A stretch of DNA of 32,000 nt. It comes from Nitrosospira multiformis ATCC 25196. GTDB taxonomy: Bacteria > Pseudomonadota > Gammaproteobacteria > Burkholderiales > Nitrosomonadaceae. The notes beneath the pieces are model-generated. The model made no database searches. It saw nothing but the letters and a program-made list of their open reading frames with translations, and was not told where the DNA came from. Shown piece by piece: positions 9,958-21,177 of this stretch. Each line of letters starts with the position of its first letter. Position 1 is the first letter of the stretch. Both the position numbers and the translations under genes were made by a program. The stretch lies in assembly GCF_000196355.1 (NCBI RefSeq), contig NC_007614.1, forward strand, positions 3,150,001-3,182,000. The letters run 5' to 3'.

Positions 9958-10007
9958 CTTTGCCGAGGCTTAAACAAAGAAGGGAATCAGTGTAACAAGA
10001 ACAAAGT

Positions 10008-10799
10008 ATGGATAAAGAAGAAAGAAACTTGGAAGAAGCCAGGAGCCTAATAAAAGCGGGGCCAATCGCCTTGATAACTGGAATTTCCGCTCTCTGTCAG
10101 TTCTTAACGGATAGTCCCTCGACTGTATTCAGCATTGGGATGGGAACATCGATAATATCCAGTACTCTTGGCTACGGAATGGATTTATTATCGTCTAGTG
10201 AGAAACGGCGGTTAGATAGGCTAGGTAATTCTATACTCCTTGAAATCAAAGACCGCCTCGAACAAGGGCATAAACCCAGAGAAGATGGCTTTTTTGATAT
10301 GAAGCCAGCAATACGTAGCTCGGCTGATGAGTTATGTGATGCCATCCTTGAGATGTCCCGCTCAGAACACCAAGAGAAGAAAATCAGTTATATAGGTAAT
10401 CTATATGTCTCTGTAGCATTTACTGACGAAATCTCGCCCGATGAGGCTAACCGCTTGCTACGCCTTCTCAAATCCGCTACTTATCGGGAGATTTGTATTC
10501 TCGCAATGCTCTCCCAGGAAAGGGAACAGGAAGGGTTGCGTACAAACTGCCTGGATAAAGAGAAGGGTTCAGATGAACTAAGCTCACTAATGCAGGAATG
10601 TTTCGAGCTTGAAGGGTGGGGACTTTTATCTCAAGTAAATTACGATCAAGGTCCTCTTTATGGGGTTCCTTCTTGGGTTCATGTCATCCCAGCGAACCTG
10701 AGAATTACCCCCTATGGAAAACGACTCGCAGAGTTATCCCATCTTTCTAAAATTCATGAAAATGATGTTCAGGCAATTCGGGAAATAATGCGAGCATGA
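10008..10799 (+). CDS. Hypothetical protein, 263 aa, N-terminal hydrophobic segment plus soluble helical domain
   Basis: Intact ORF with internally coherent protein character (KAGPIALITGISALCQFLTDSPSTVFSIGMGTSIISSTLGYGMDLL... KKISYIGNLYVSVAFTDEISPDEANRLLRLLKSATYREICILAML). It lies inside decayed phage DNA. Confidence 0.75.
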   Translation: MDKEERNLEEARSLIKAGPIALITGISALCQFLTDSPSTVFSIGMGTSIISSTLGYGMDLLSSSEKRRLDRLGNSILLEIKDRLEQGHKPREDGFFDMKPAIRSSADELCDAILEMSRSEHQEKKISYIGNLYVSVAFTDEISPDEANRLLRLLKSATYREICILAMLSQEREQEGLRTNCLDKEKGSDELSSLMQECFELEGWGLLSQVNYDQGPLYGVPSWVHVIPANLRITPYGKRLAELSHLSKIHENDVQAIREIMRA

Positions 10800-10959
10800 G
10801 AGCGTGAGCATAGCGTCTCATTCCAGCAGCTCCTAAATATTTCATCAAAAATTTGTCTTAGGGTACTCCTTACCGCAATGGCAGGCATTCCCCCTTGGTA
10901 CCCCGATGAGTTCTGAATTTGATCCTGGCTATTGCCCGCGGTGAGACATGGGTTCGCCT

Positions 10960-11345
10960 TCAATCAAATCTGGGTGACACCTAGGGGGAGTTATCTAGCT
11001 TGCCAAGCGGTATGGCGGGTGGTTTTTGATCGATGAAAAACTTCAAGATCCCCTGAGACTCAATCAGACGCCCTGCACTTAATTATCAGCTCTTTCCCAT
11101 ACCCTTGCCTAGGAAGACTCAATATCGTTTATCCTAGAGCTTCCTGGAGAGTCACTTCTGAGAAAGAGGCTCTCCTAGCCAAGGATGACCGGGTGGACAT
11201 ACTCCGTATCGCTGTCCAATATTGGGTAGACCAGATGGACAGGGACGTTAGGAAGCCCGAGGAGTAGCACAAGCAAGCCCTCCTTGAACAAGAACTAGCC
11301 AAGTTCCACCAGCATGTGTTCGAGGGTAATTCTTATAAGATAGAA
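10960..11345 (+). pseudogene. Phage terminase large subunit (T7/podovirus-like) C-terminal remnant
   Basis: Fragments: LAKRYGGWFLIDEKLQDP (cf. LAKxYxVxxvxvExnFGDG), then EKEALLAKDDRVDILRIAVQYWVDQMDRDVRKPEE*HKQALLEQELAKFHQHV. The latter matches the terminase C-terminal pattern hDDRlDaLaxAVxYWVexMxxDxxk...eHr..lLdxELxxF. Interrupted by stops and frameshifts. Confidence 0.6.
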
Positions 11346-11888
11346 GATAGGTGCCGGACTAGCTCGACGATTTGAGAGAGCTATTCGGTACTGATGCTTC
11401 TAAGAATATGGCTGGTAATTCTCGCGTAGGCTCTCTTGGTCGCTCCACATCGTTAACGATATAACTTCTGTCACGTCATTGCTCATTTTATTGCTCACGA
11501 AACGCTTTAACGCATAAGCCCGGGATATCGATACTTTCTGCAATTGTGATATAGCGACGCCCAGCTCATGCGGATAAATGGAACTCCACATGCGTTAATC
11601 ACCTGCTGAATCTCATTCCAGCAGTGAATCAATGCCCCGCTTCGCCAGGAGTAGTGTTCTTTTTGCTTTCTTTTACTGCCGTTTCAGCAATCTGTCGAAA
11701 GGCCGTACCAAGGTCCAATAGTAAAACGCTCTGATGCGATTATCATGGAGCACTGGAAACTCTTGCTGGCGTGAGGAATTAGGCTGTATCAGGCCAAGAG
11801 GGAAGAGTTTTACCTGGACCTGCTCCTATCACTAGCAGGCTCTGGTCCAGGAGACTTTGCTTGATAAACCAATAATAGGCAGCTGAAG

Positions 11889-12167
11889 ATGAATGACCTG
11901 ATAACTTACGATCAAGCCTACGATCTCGCGAATATTCTGATCAAGAAGGCGACCAAAGACGAGCTGGCGGAGTGCGCGCGACTGCTTGCATTAAATCTGG
12001 CTCACCATCAGGTGAAACACGGAGAGATAGCAGTAATAGACACCTTAACCCTGCTGCGCTCATTTGAGTGTACCGAGGAACACCTGAATGTGTTGATGGA
12101 AGGCATGCTGAATCTGATAGGCGTCCTGGTAAACGTCTGCGGTGGGGTAGGGCAGGCAAAACATTGA
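11889..12167 (+). CDS. Hypothetical protein, 92 aa
   Basis: Compact coherent ORF MNDLITYDQAYDLANILIKKATKDELAECARLLALNLAHHQVKHGEI.... No family named. Confidence 0.6.
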   Translation: MNDLITYDQAYDLANILIKKATKDELAECARLLALNLAHHQVKHGEIAVIDTLTLLRSFECTEEHLNVLMEGMLNLIGVLVNVCGGVGQAKH

Positions 12168-12332
12168 GATTTGGTCTCAGTAAGCGCTTACTTCACATGA
12201 AGAGCGGCTGCTGAACCCTGCTATGGCTGAGTATTTCCTGAATACTCAGGTATCATGTGAGCCACATCTATCCCCAGGTAATTATGGGGGCTGAACGAGA
12301 GCGAATCAGGCCCACAAGGGTATCACACCATA

Positions 12333-13676
12333 TTGGATCTCATGCAGGTACAAGATAAGTCCCGATATCTCGCTCCGGGGGTAAGCCGACGTGAAGTCTG
12401 GTCATGGGCAATGTTCGACTTCGCGAATTCAGGCTACACCACCGTTGTGATTACCGCTATTTTTAACGCCTATTTCGTGGCGGTAGTGGCGAATAATGAA
12501 GCGTGGGGGACGTTTGCCTGGACAGCTGCGTTGGCAGTGTCTTACGCGCTTATTATGGTGACCGCACCGGTGATAGGCGCTTATGCCGATGCATATGCGA
12601 TGAAAAAGCCTCTGCTGCTGATAAGCACAATCGGTTGCGTGCTTTTTACCGCATTGCTTTACTTTGTCGGTCCGGGCGATCTGATGCTGGCCGTGGTATT
12701 GATCGTGCTAAGTAACTTTTTTTTCAGCAGCGGCACGAATTTGATTTCTGCTTTTCTCCCGGAACTCGCCCACGGCGAGGCATTGGGAAAGGTTTCCGGG
12801 TGGGGCTGGAGTTTCGGCTATGTTGGCGGACTGATCAGCCTGGGATTGTCGTTGGCTTACGTGACCTGGGCACAAGGCCAGGGCAGGCCTGCAGAGCAGT
12901 TCGTTCCGGGCGCAATGCTTATAACGGCCGGCCTTTTCGCGATTTCGAGCATACCGACTTTTCTCTTTCTCAAGGAACGTGCGCTGCCGCAACCGCATCC
13001 GGCGGAGCGCCATGTCGCGCGCGAAGCATTTGGCCGCTTGCTTGTCACGTTCCATCATGTGCGCGATTTTCGCGACCTCGTACGCTTTCTCGCATGTATC
13101 GTGTTTTACCAGGCGGGCATTCAGACGGTGATTACTTTAGCCGCCATCTATGCGCAGCAGGTAATGGGCTTTGATACCGGCGATACCATGTTTCTGGTTC
13201 TGGTTGTCAACATTACGGCCTCGATCGGTGCGTTCGCCTTCGGCCATATCCAGGACAGAATCGGCCATATTCCCACCATCGCGCTGACCCTCGGAGGCTG
13301 GATTGTAATGGTGCTGCTGGCATGGATGGCTGTGACGCGTCCCGTGTTCTGGCTTGCTGCCAATGTCGCCGGCCTCTGCCTGGGAGCGTCCCAATCGGCA
13401 GGGCGCGCACTGATAGGTTATTTGAGTCCGGATGCGAGACGCGCCGAATTTTTCGGACTGTGGGGACTTGCAGTCAATTTATCCTCGATACTCGGTCCGA
13501 TCACGTATGGGATCGTGAGCTGGATTTCTGGAGGAGACCACCGGCTGGCCATGTTGATTACCGGCAGCTATTTTATTATTGGCTTGATGATATTGATGAG
13601 CATCGATATACAACGGGGACGACAAGCCGCACTGAATATCAGCCCTCCAGGGGAGAGGCTTACAGGGAATCGCTGA
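12333..13676 (+). CDS. MFS transporter, UMF1/Atg22-like family
   Basis: 447 aa with about 12 hydrophobic segments. MFDFANSGYTTVVITAIFNAYFVAVVA... and LGASQSAGRALIGYLSPDARRAEFFGLWGL are characteristic of the Atg22-like family. Confidence 0.88.
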   Translation: MDLMQVQDKSRYLAPGVSRREVWSWAMFDFANSGYTTVVITAIFNAYFVAVVANNEAWGTFAWTAALAVSYALIMVTAPVIGAYADAYAMKKPLLLISTIGCVLFTALLYFVGPGDLMLAVVLIVLSNFFFSSGTNLISAFLPELAHGEALGKVSGWGWSFGYVGGLISLGLSLAYVTWAQGQGRPAEQFVPGAMLITAGLFAISSIPTFLFLKERALPQPHPAERHVAREAFGRLLVTFHHVRDFRDLVRFLACIVFYQAGIQTVITLAAIYAQQVMGFDTGDTMFLVLVVNITASIGAFAFGHIQDRIGHIPTIALTLGGWIVMVLLAWMAVTRPVFWLAANVAGLCLGASQSAGRALIGYLSPDARRAEFFGLWGLAVNLSSILGPITYGIVSWISGGDHRLAMLITGSYFIIGLMILMSIDIQRGRQAALNISPPGERLTGNR

Positions 13677-13837
13677 TAAGCAATCCCCTGCAGGCTCCAC
13701 GGCGCCAGGCTTTCCATTTCAGCTGCCCGTTATCTCTTTTTTGAGTCTGGCGCCATTGCCGCCGGTTTATCTGCGCTTATTCTTTATAAACGCAGATACC
13801 CGCCATTCCATCCTTGCGGGCCGCGGCTTGATAATAA

Positions 13838-14398
13838 TCAGTGATGCATGTGGTGATTATGATCGCTACCCTGGTTCCCGCCTTGGCCGTGTGCCCCATG
13901 CCCACTGTGGCCGCTGTGATTTCCGTGACCGGCGTGATCACCATGACCCTCTTCTGATTTTTTATCGCTCTTTTTCTGCGCATCCTTTGCCGCAGCCTTC
14001 AACGGAGTGAACCGGGCGGATTGGGCCTCTTGTTCCGGCAATTTGACAAATACGACGACTACCGTATCCGGGGTCAGGACAAAATCTCCTGTTCCCTTCA
14101 GCATGTTATTTCCCGCCGGCTCGAGCTTTATGGAAGTTTTCGGCTTGGCTTTGCCGACCTGAAATGCCGCCTTGCCCACGCCTCCTTCTGTGTTGATCTG
14201 CGCATCCGCATGATCTGTTACATAAACCGTCAATTCTTTATCTTTGGTTACAAGCTCCAGATGATAGGGCCCCGCCATACGCATCTGCCCGCCGTGGGGC
14301 GCGGCATGAGTCTCGAAATATTCGTCGGTATGCGCCGAGGCGGGCAATGACACGGCCAGAACAGCACTCGTCAAGACCATGACCATCGATTTAATCAT
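13838..14398 (-). CDS. Small secreted His-rich protein, likely periplasmic metal-binding
   Basis: The likely start MIKSMVMVLTSAVLAVSLPASA gives a signal peptide. The C-terminal tail is GHGDHAGHGNHSGHSGHGAHGQGGNQGSDHNHHMHH. Confidence 0.75.
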   Translation of the reverse strand: MIKSMVMVLTSAVLAVSLPASAHTDEYFETHAAPHGGQMRMAGPYHLELVTKDKELTVYVTDHADAQINTEGGVGKAAFQVGKAKPKTSIKLEPAGNNMLKGTGDFVLTPDTVVVVFVKLPEQEAQSARFTPLKAAAKDAQKKSDKKSEEGHGDHAGHGNHSGHSGHGAHGQGGNQGSDHNHHMHH

Positions 14399-14765
14399 TT
14401 GCTCTACTCCTTGTAGGTACGAATTGAAGAATTGTAACGCCTGCCCCATCTCGGGAACTGTATTACTGCTTGCTTCTCTTGCCTGGATTGCTCTTACTTC
14501 TCTTCCTCGAAGCTTTCTGGAATCCCCCGCCGTATTTTTGCTTCCGGCTGTATTGCCTGGTTTTCCCTGCGCCCTGACCTGGAGGGCGGTACCTGCCTGT
14601 CGAAGGGAGCGGCGCGGGGATGCCCTGTAAAGGAACGCATGCTGTCAAGGCAGGCAGGTCGGGGCGTCAGCGGGCAGTTGAACCTGCCCGGACTGCTCCA
14701 AGGGCGCTCAAGGGGGATGGCGCTTCCTTCGCCCCGATCCTGGCATCCTTTCCACTACCGCTTGG

Positions 14766-16874
14766 CTAGTGCACATGCTCGCCTGGTGGGGGCAGGATCT
14801 CCTCTTCGCGGTTGAGCTGCGCTATCTGCTGCATCAGCATGTCGGAGGCGGACCAGCCTGCGCCATCGAGTTCGGGTATCCAGCGCGCCCGCAGGTAGCC
14901 GAAGCGGTCCACCAGGAACTCCATGTGGTCAGGCAGCGTGCCTGCGCCCAGGAGGTCCGGATGGGAGAGCGTGCGCCGGAACAGGGCATAGCTGCGCACG
15001 ATCTCCTCCGCCCCTTCGGTCACGATGGGGAAGTGAACGCCCGCCTTGAGCTGGCCCAGCGCGGCAGCACTCAGGTCATGCTCGGGCACTGCCAGAAGCA
15101 CCGTGTTGCCGGCCTGCAGCTTTGCATGGAGCGCTTCCAGTTGCGCCAGGCGCTCGCGGGATTGCGGCCAGGAGAATAATACCAGCAGCACGTTCTTCTG
15201 GTTGCGGAAGTCCTTCAGGGTGCCGCTTGAGCCATCCTGCGCCACATACGAGAAATTGGGCGGGCCCATGTTGGGCTGCGGCTGCTCGGGCTTGACAGCG
15301 GGACTCATCAGGCGCGCCTGGTAGCCGCGCGACATGGCGTGCAGGAAGTTCACCACGTCCCAGCGGTCTTCCTCATCGAGCTTGTCGCCAAAGGAGGGCA
15401 TGCCGGTATCGGGGATGCCGAAGGAGAGCCAGTGGAAGAAGTCGCCTGCGGTATGGCGGGCCGTGTGCGGTTCGGTCAAGAGGTCCACCGGCGGCTTGGC
15501 AAAGCTCTTGGCCATCACGCCGTCGCCCTTGCCCTGCAGCCCGTGACAGGCCACGCAGTTCTCGGCAAAGTGGACGGCGCCATTGGAAATGGAGATGGTG
15601 TCAAACGGCACCGGCGTCTTGCGGTAGGTCTCGGGATAGGCATCCACCGTCAAGGGCGGCAGGCCCACGCCCAATCCGATGACCGCCAGGAGGACAGGCA
15701 ACCCGAAGCGCAGCTTTTTGTCCCAGTGCTTCCTGCGCCCATAGAAGACTGCGGCTGCGGCCAGAACGAGCAGGGCGATGCCGCCGTAGACGCGCGGCAT
15801 GATGACAGGCTCCCCCCAGGTGGCCGCAAGGGAGAAACGGAAGGAATAGGGCCAGTCCTGGATCAGGGCGTGCTTGGCAGGAACCGTGTTGGCCACGATG
15901 GTGGCAAGCAGCACTATCCCTAAGGCCAGCCCGAATTCCAGGCTCACCCATTTCCTGAGTTTGCGCCCGCCGTTATCCGCTCCTTTTGCGCCTGCGTCCT
16001 CGTAGAACAGCGGCAGCCAGCTCGAGCGCGCGCGCGAGGCGATGATGAGCACCATCATGAGCAGGGCGATCTTGCCATTGAGCAGCCAGCCATATTTGGT
16101 GGCAACCAGGCCGCTGTAGTTGGTATCGACCATGCGGTAGGTGATGAGGATGCCGGTTGCAATCACCGCCAGCATGACGGGCAGCGCCAGGGTGGAGAAG
16201 CGCCGCAGGGCCTGGGCATCATGCCGGAAAGCTTCCTCGCGCGACTGGAATACGGCGTGGATGCGCTGGAGCGCCTGCGTCTGCAGGGCAGGCTGCGTTC
16301 CGGCGCTTCCGGCTTGCGCCTGCTTCAATTCGCTCTGGGGCTTGCAGGCAAAGCAGACCACCAGGAAAGCCGGCAGGGCGCCAAACCAGACGCTGCCCAG
16401 GATGATGTGCAGGGCGTAGGGCAGAAGCGAGACGACCGAGAGGTCCTCGGCTGCGGCGTGGCTGGCAAGCGAGCCGACCCCTAGGGTCAAGGCCGCCACA
16501 CTTGCGCACAGGATGTATTGCCAGCGTGCGGGCGGGGAGAAGCGGATGTAGAGGGCAATGGCAAAGACGACGAGCGCGCAGGCGGCGCGCGCGAGCCAGA
16601 TATGCCCCATGCGCGTATTCTCCATGAGGGAGAGCCAGGCGGCCGGATGCCAGGCGTTCTCGTCAATCCCGGTGGCTTGCGCCGTGGTGGTCGCCAGGAT
16701 GCCGAACAGGCCGGTGAGCAGGATGAGGGCAAGCCACGGCAGCGCACGCTCCACCCGCGTGACCCAGGGCGAGTGGACGGAGCCGGCAATGGCCAGAAAC
16801 ACGCAGCCCCCCACCAGGATCATGTTGGACGCCAGCTGCGCCCAGCGCAGGAGCGTCGCGATGACCTCGATCAT
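14766..16874 (-). CDS. copD: CopD-domain copper transport protein fused to cytochrome c and redoxin/SCO-like domains (702 aa)
   Basis: The N-terminal multi-TM region contains CopD-like SLASHAAAEDLSVVSLLPYALHIILGSVWFGALPAFLVV. The middle has CVACHG...GMPSFGDKLDEEDRWDVVNFLH. The C-terminal has GPPNFSYVAQDGSSGTLKDFRNQKNVLLVLFSWPQSRERLAQLEALHAKL...FLVDRFGYLRARW. Confidence 0.88.
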   Translation of the reverse strand: MIEVIATLLRWAQLASNMILVGGCVFLAIAGSVHSPWVTRVERALPWLALILLTGLFGILATTTAQATGIDENAWHPAAWLSLMENTRMGHIWLARAACALVVFAIALYIRFSPPARWQYILCASVAALTLGVGSLASHAAAEDLSVVSLLPYALHIILGSVWFGALPAFLVVCFACKPQSELKQAQAGSAGTQPALQTQALQRIHAVFQSREEAFRHDAQALRRFSTLALPVMLAVIATGILITYRMVDTNYSGLVATKYGWLLNGKIALLMMVLIIASRARSSWLPLFYEDAGAKGADNGGRKLRKWVSLEFGLALGIVLLATIVANTVPAKHALIQDWPYSFRFSLAATWGEPVIMPRVYGGIALLVLAAAAVFYGRRKHWDKKLRFGLPVLLAVIGLGVGLPPLTVDAYPETYRKTPVPFDTISISNGAVHFAENCVACHGLQGKGDGVMAKSFAKPPVDLLTEPHTARHTAGDFFHWLSFGIPDTGMPSFGDKLDEEDRWDVVNFLHAMSRGYQARLMSPAVKPEQPQPNMGPPNFSYVAQDGSSGTLKDFRNQKNVLLVLFSWPQSRERLAQLEALHAKLQAGNTVLLAVPEHDLSAAALGQLKAGVHFPIVTEGAEEIVRSYALFRRTLSHPDLLGAGTLPDHMEFLVDRFGYLRARWIPELDGAGWSASDMLMQQIAQLNREEEILPPPGEHVH

Positions 16875-17350
16875 TTCGCGGCGGCTTTGTTCTTTATCGT
16901 GAAGTCGTGGGACGAGTCAACCACATGCCCGTCCACCGACAGCACCCGGAACTTGACCGTGTACTTGCCCGGGCTCAATTCCGGCAGGGGCAGAACGATG
17001 GCTTTGGGGTCGTTGGCATCGATATGCGGTTTGGTTTCGGTGACAGGGGTCTTGGAGGCGTCGAGTACGGAGAGTGCGGCATAGTCCTTTTCGACTTCTT
17101 CGTTGAAGAACAGCCGCACCTGGGTGGGGGCCTGGGTCAGTTGCGCGCGGCGCGCAGGTTCTGCCTTGACCAGCATGGCGTGCGCCAGCGCCGGGCTGCT
17201 GTGCAGCCCCGCTACCAGCAGCAGGAACGACAAAAGGCTGCCTGCCAGTAAGTGAACACTTGCTCTCCTGTCGGCAGATATCATCGATGGTTGCATTTTT
17301 GCTCCTCTTATATGGGCTCTGCACCCGAAGATCGGGCTTCGGGCAGCCAC
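16871..17350 (-). CDS. copC: Copper resistance protein CopC
   Basis: HAMLVKAEPARRAQLTQAPTQVRLFFNEEVEKDYAALSVLD...LSPGKYTVKFRVLSVDGHVVDSSHDFTI, the CopC fold signature. It overlaps the copD start. Confidence 0.93.
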   Translation of the reverse strand: MAARSPIFGCRAHIRGAKMQPSMISADRRASVHLLAGSLLSFLLLVAGLHSSPALAHAMLVKAEPARRAQLTQAPTQVRLFFNEEVEKDYAALSVLDASKTPVTETKPHIDANDPKAIVLPLPELSPGKYTVKFRVLSVDGHVVDSSHDFTIKNKAAAK

Positions 17351-17577
17351 TGTGGTCCTTGTCTTTTTTATTTGTCCCCGGTTGTTCTTGTTCGATCTGC
17401 ACCCGGTTGACTTTTTTGTTCCTGCCTTATTGCATCTTGGACTCTTTCCCGCGCTTATGGTTCAGAGGGGGAGCCAGGCCGCGGCCCATGCCCGGGGTGC
17501 CCCCTGCACAAAGGGACTGCGGCGAGCCCAAGCTCAAGTCAACCTGAAGTCAGCGCTTACTCTCTTCCTTCCCTTTG

Positions 17578-18234
17578 CTAGGCGCTTGCACCGGCGGATT
17601 TGCGTCCGCGCAGGAAGAAGACGGCCGCTCCTATGATCACCGCCGCAATGGCGATGATGAGGTAGGGCGACATGCCCTTGGGTTCACCCACGGAGAAGGG
17701 GAAGCGCGAGACCAGCGGTTCCTTGTCGGTGACGGTCACGAGCCCCACGAACTTGCCAGGCTGGGTGAAGTTGTATTCAAAATTGATGGAGCCATTGGGA
17801 TAGACCTTGGGCGGTATGTGCAGGATGGTGATTTCATCGAGCTTCTGCTGTTCGTCGGGAGCGGGCTGTCCGCCTGAACCGGTGTCGCGGATGATGCGCA
17901 CTTCGGTGGGCAGGGGGCGCAGCGCTTCTTCAATGTAGTCCAGGGCAACTACGGTGCGGCCGGTATTGGGAATGTCTTCGCAGAATTCCTTCTCCTGCGT
18001 GGCATCCGGCTGGTAGCCGGTAAAGTGCATGGTGTAGGGGCCGATGGTGAGCTTGCATATATCATCGGCAAGCGACAGGCCGCCGTGCGCTTCCACCTGG
18101 GAGGAGAAGGGCAGGGCCAGGGCAAATACCAGTCCGATCAAGGCAGGTTTGAGTGAGGATGAGAACATTATCAATTCGCCTATATAAGTATGGTGAGTCA
18201 GTGAATCAGTGATCCTGCAGGGTCGCGGTTGCAT
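17578..18234 (-). CDS. amoD: AmoD (orf5) of the ammonia monooxygenase cluster
   Basis: 218 aa with signal peptide, HGGLSLADDICKLTIGPYTMHFTGYQPD...EFCEDIPNTGRTVVALDYIEEALRPLPTEVRI and a C-terminal TM. Position is downstream of amoB. Confidence 0.85.
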   Translation of the reverse strand: MQPRPCRITDSLTHHTYIGELIMFSSSLKPALIGLVFALALPFSSQVEAHGGLSLADDICKLTIGPYTMHFTGYQPDATQEKEFCEDIPNTGRTVVALDYIEEALRPLPTEVRIIRDTGSGGQPAPDEQQKLDEITILHIPPKVYPNGSINFEYNFTQPGKFVGLVTVTDKEPLVSRFPFSVGEPKGMSPYLIIAIAAVIIGAAVFFLRGRKSAGASA

Positions 18235-18317
18235 TTATCCGCCGCTGTTTTGCCAGGCTTGTGTCCGGCGCTCCTCTGCAACGGCAGGAGCCGGTTTATC
18301 CGGTGACCTTTCCTGCA

Positions 18318-18941
18318 TTACGGGTTGCGCGAGGAGCGCCAGCGTTGCACGCGCGGGGATTTCACGAGCTTGTATCCCAGCACGGCAAGCAGCAGCAGGG
18401 CGATCAGGGGGCCTACCGCGGCGCGGAATATTTCGGAATAGTTGATCATCTGTACCCGCAGGGGATACTGGTAGCGCAGGGGCGGCACGCCTTCTGCGGT
18501 GATGAATACGGTGTAGAGTCCCTGCTCGAGGGTGGTCTGGCCCTGGATGACACCATCCGGATGGTGCACAGGACGCAGTTGCGTGACCATCTCGTCCTCT
18601 TCGCTCGTGCCCCGTACCACCTTCATGCCAATGGGCATGTCGCGCATGGCAGGGTCGATGAGGTCGATCACGAGGAAGGTATCGCCTCCCTTGGGAATCT
18701 CGGTGCAGTATTGGGCAGTAGGTTCGAATTGCGGCTGGTAGGCGCTCAGATGCACCATGTTCTCGCCGATACGGCGCACGCAGCTGTCTTCTTCCAGCGA
18801 TTCCTTGCCGTGCGCGCTAACAAACCCGCTGTAGAGGGTGGTAATCAGCAGCAGCGCCAGGGCACCTGCCCGGCTGCCTTGTCTGCTCGAAGTGCCTTTC
18901 GCTTGCATTTCTCTAGATTCGTTAAAAAAACACCGATCCAC
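18318..18941 (-). CDS. amoE: AmoE (orf4) of the ammonia monooxygenase cluster, paralogous to AmoD
   Basis: 207 aa, HGKESLEEDSCVRRIGENMVHLSAYQPQFEPTAQYCTEIPKGGDTFLVIDLIDPAMRDMPIGMKVVRG...C-terminal TM. It is parallel in layout to the neighbouring orf5. Confidence 0.83.
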   Translation of the reverse strand: MDRCFFNESREMQAKGTSSRQGSRAGALALLLITTLYSGFVSAHGKESLEEDSCVRRIGENMVHLSAYQPQFEPTAQYCTEIPKGGDTFLVIDLIDPAMRDMPIGMKVVRGTSEEDEMVTQLRPVHHPDGVIQGQTTLEQGLYTVFITAEGVPPLRYQYPLRVQMINYSEIFRAAVGPLIALLLLAVLGYKLVKSPRVQRWRSSRNP

Positions 18942-18997
18942 CTTGCCGTCTGTAACGGTGGCGGACCGGTGTTTGCATGCTGCCTGTTCCAGTCTTG

Positions 18998-19032
18998 GCC
19001 CGGTTTCTGCCCTGGTCGGGCAGGAGCCGGGC
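18998..19032. promoter_or_regulatory. Strong two-part hairpin in the amoB-amoE intergenic region
   Basis: GCCCGG-TTT-CTGCCC-TGGTC-GGGCAG-GAG-CCGGGC: 6+6 bp stems with a 5-nt loop and a small symmetric internal loop. Confidence 0.75.
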
Positions 19033-19089
19033 GGCTTTTTAGGATTGACCCGGGATTAGTCCTGTAGGGCTTGCCCCCGGGGTTTGTCC

Positions 19090-21177
<2,088 letters not shown>

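Noticed and set aside
11400-11591. 63-aa minus-strand ORF (PHELGVAISQLQKVSISRAYALKRFVSNK...)
   Set aside because: Mildly protein-like but too short and unassignable, and it sits in decayed DNA. Not enough support for a feature.
14379-14765. Small plus- and minus-strand ORFs between the His-rich gene and copD
   Set aside because: Mutually overlapping, with no RBS or domain evidence. Treated as intergenic.
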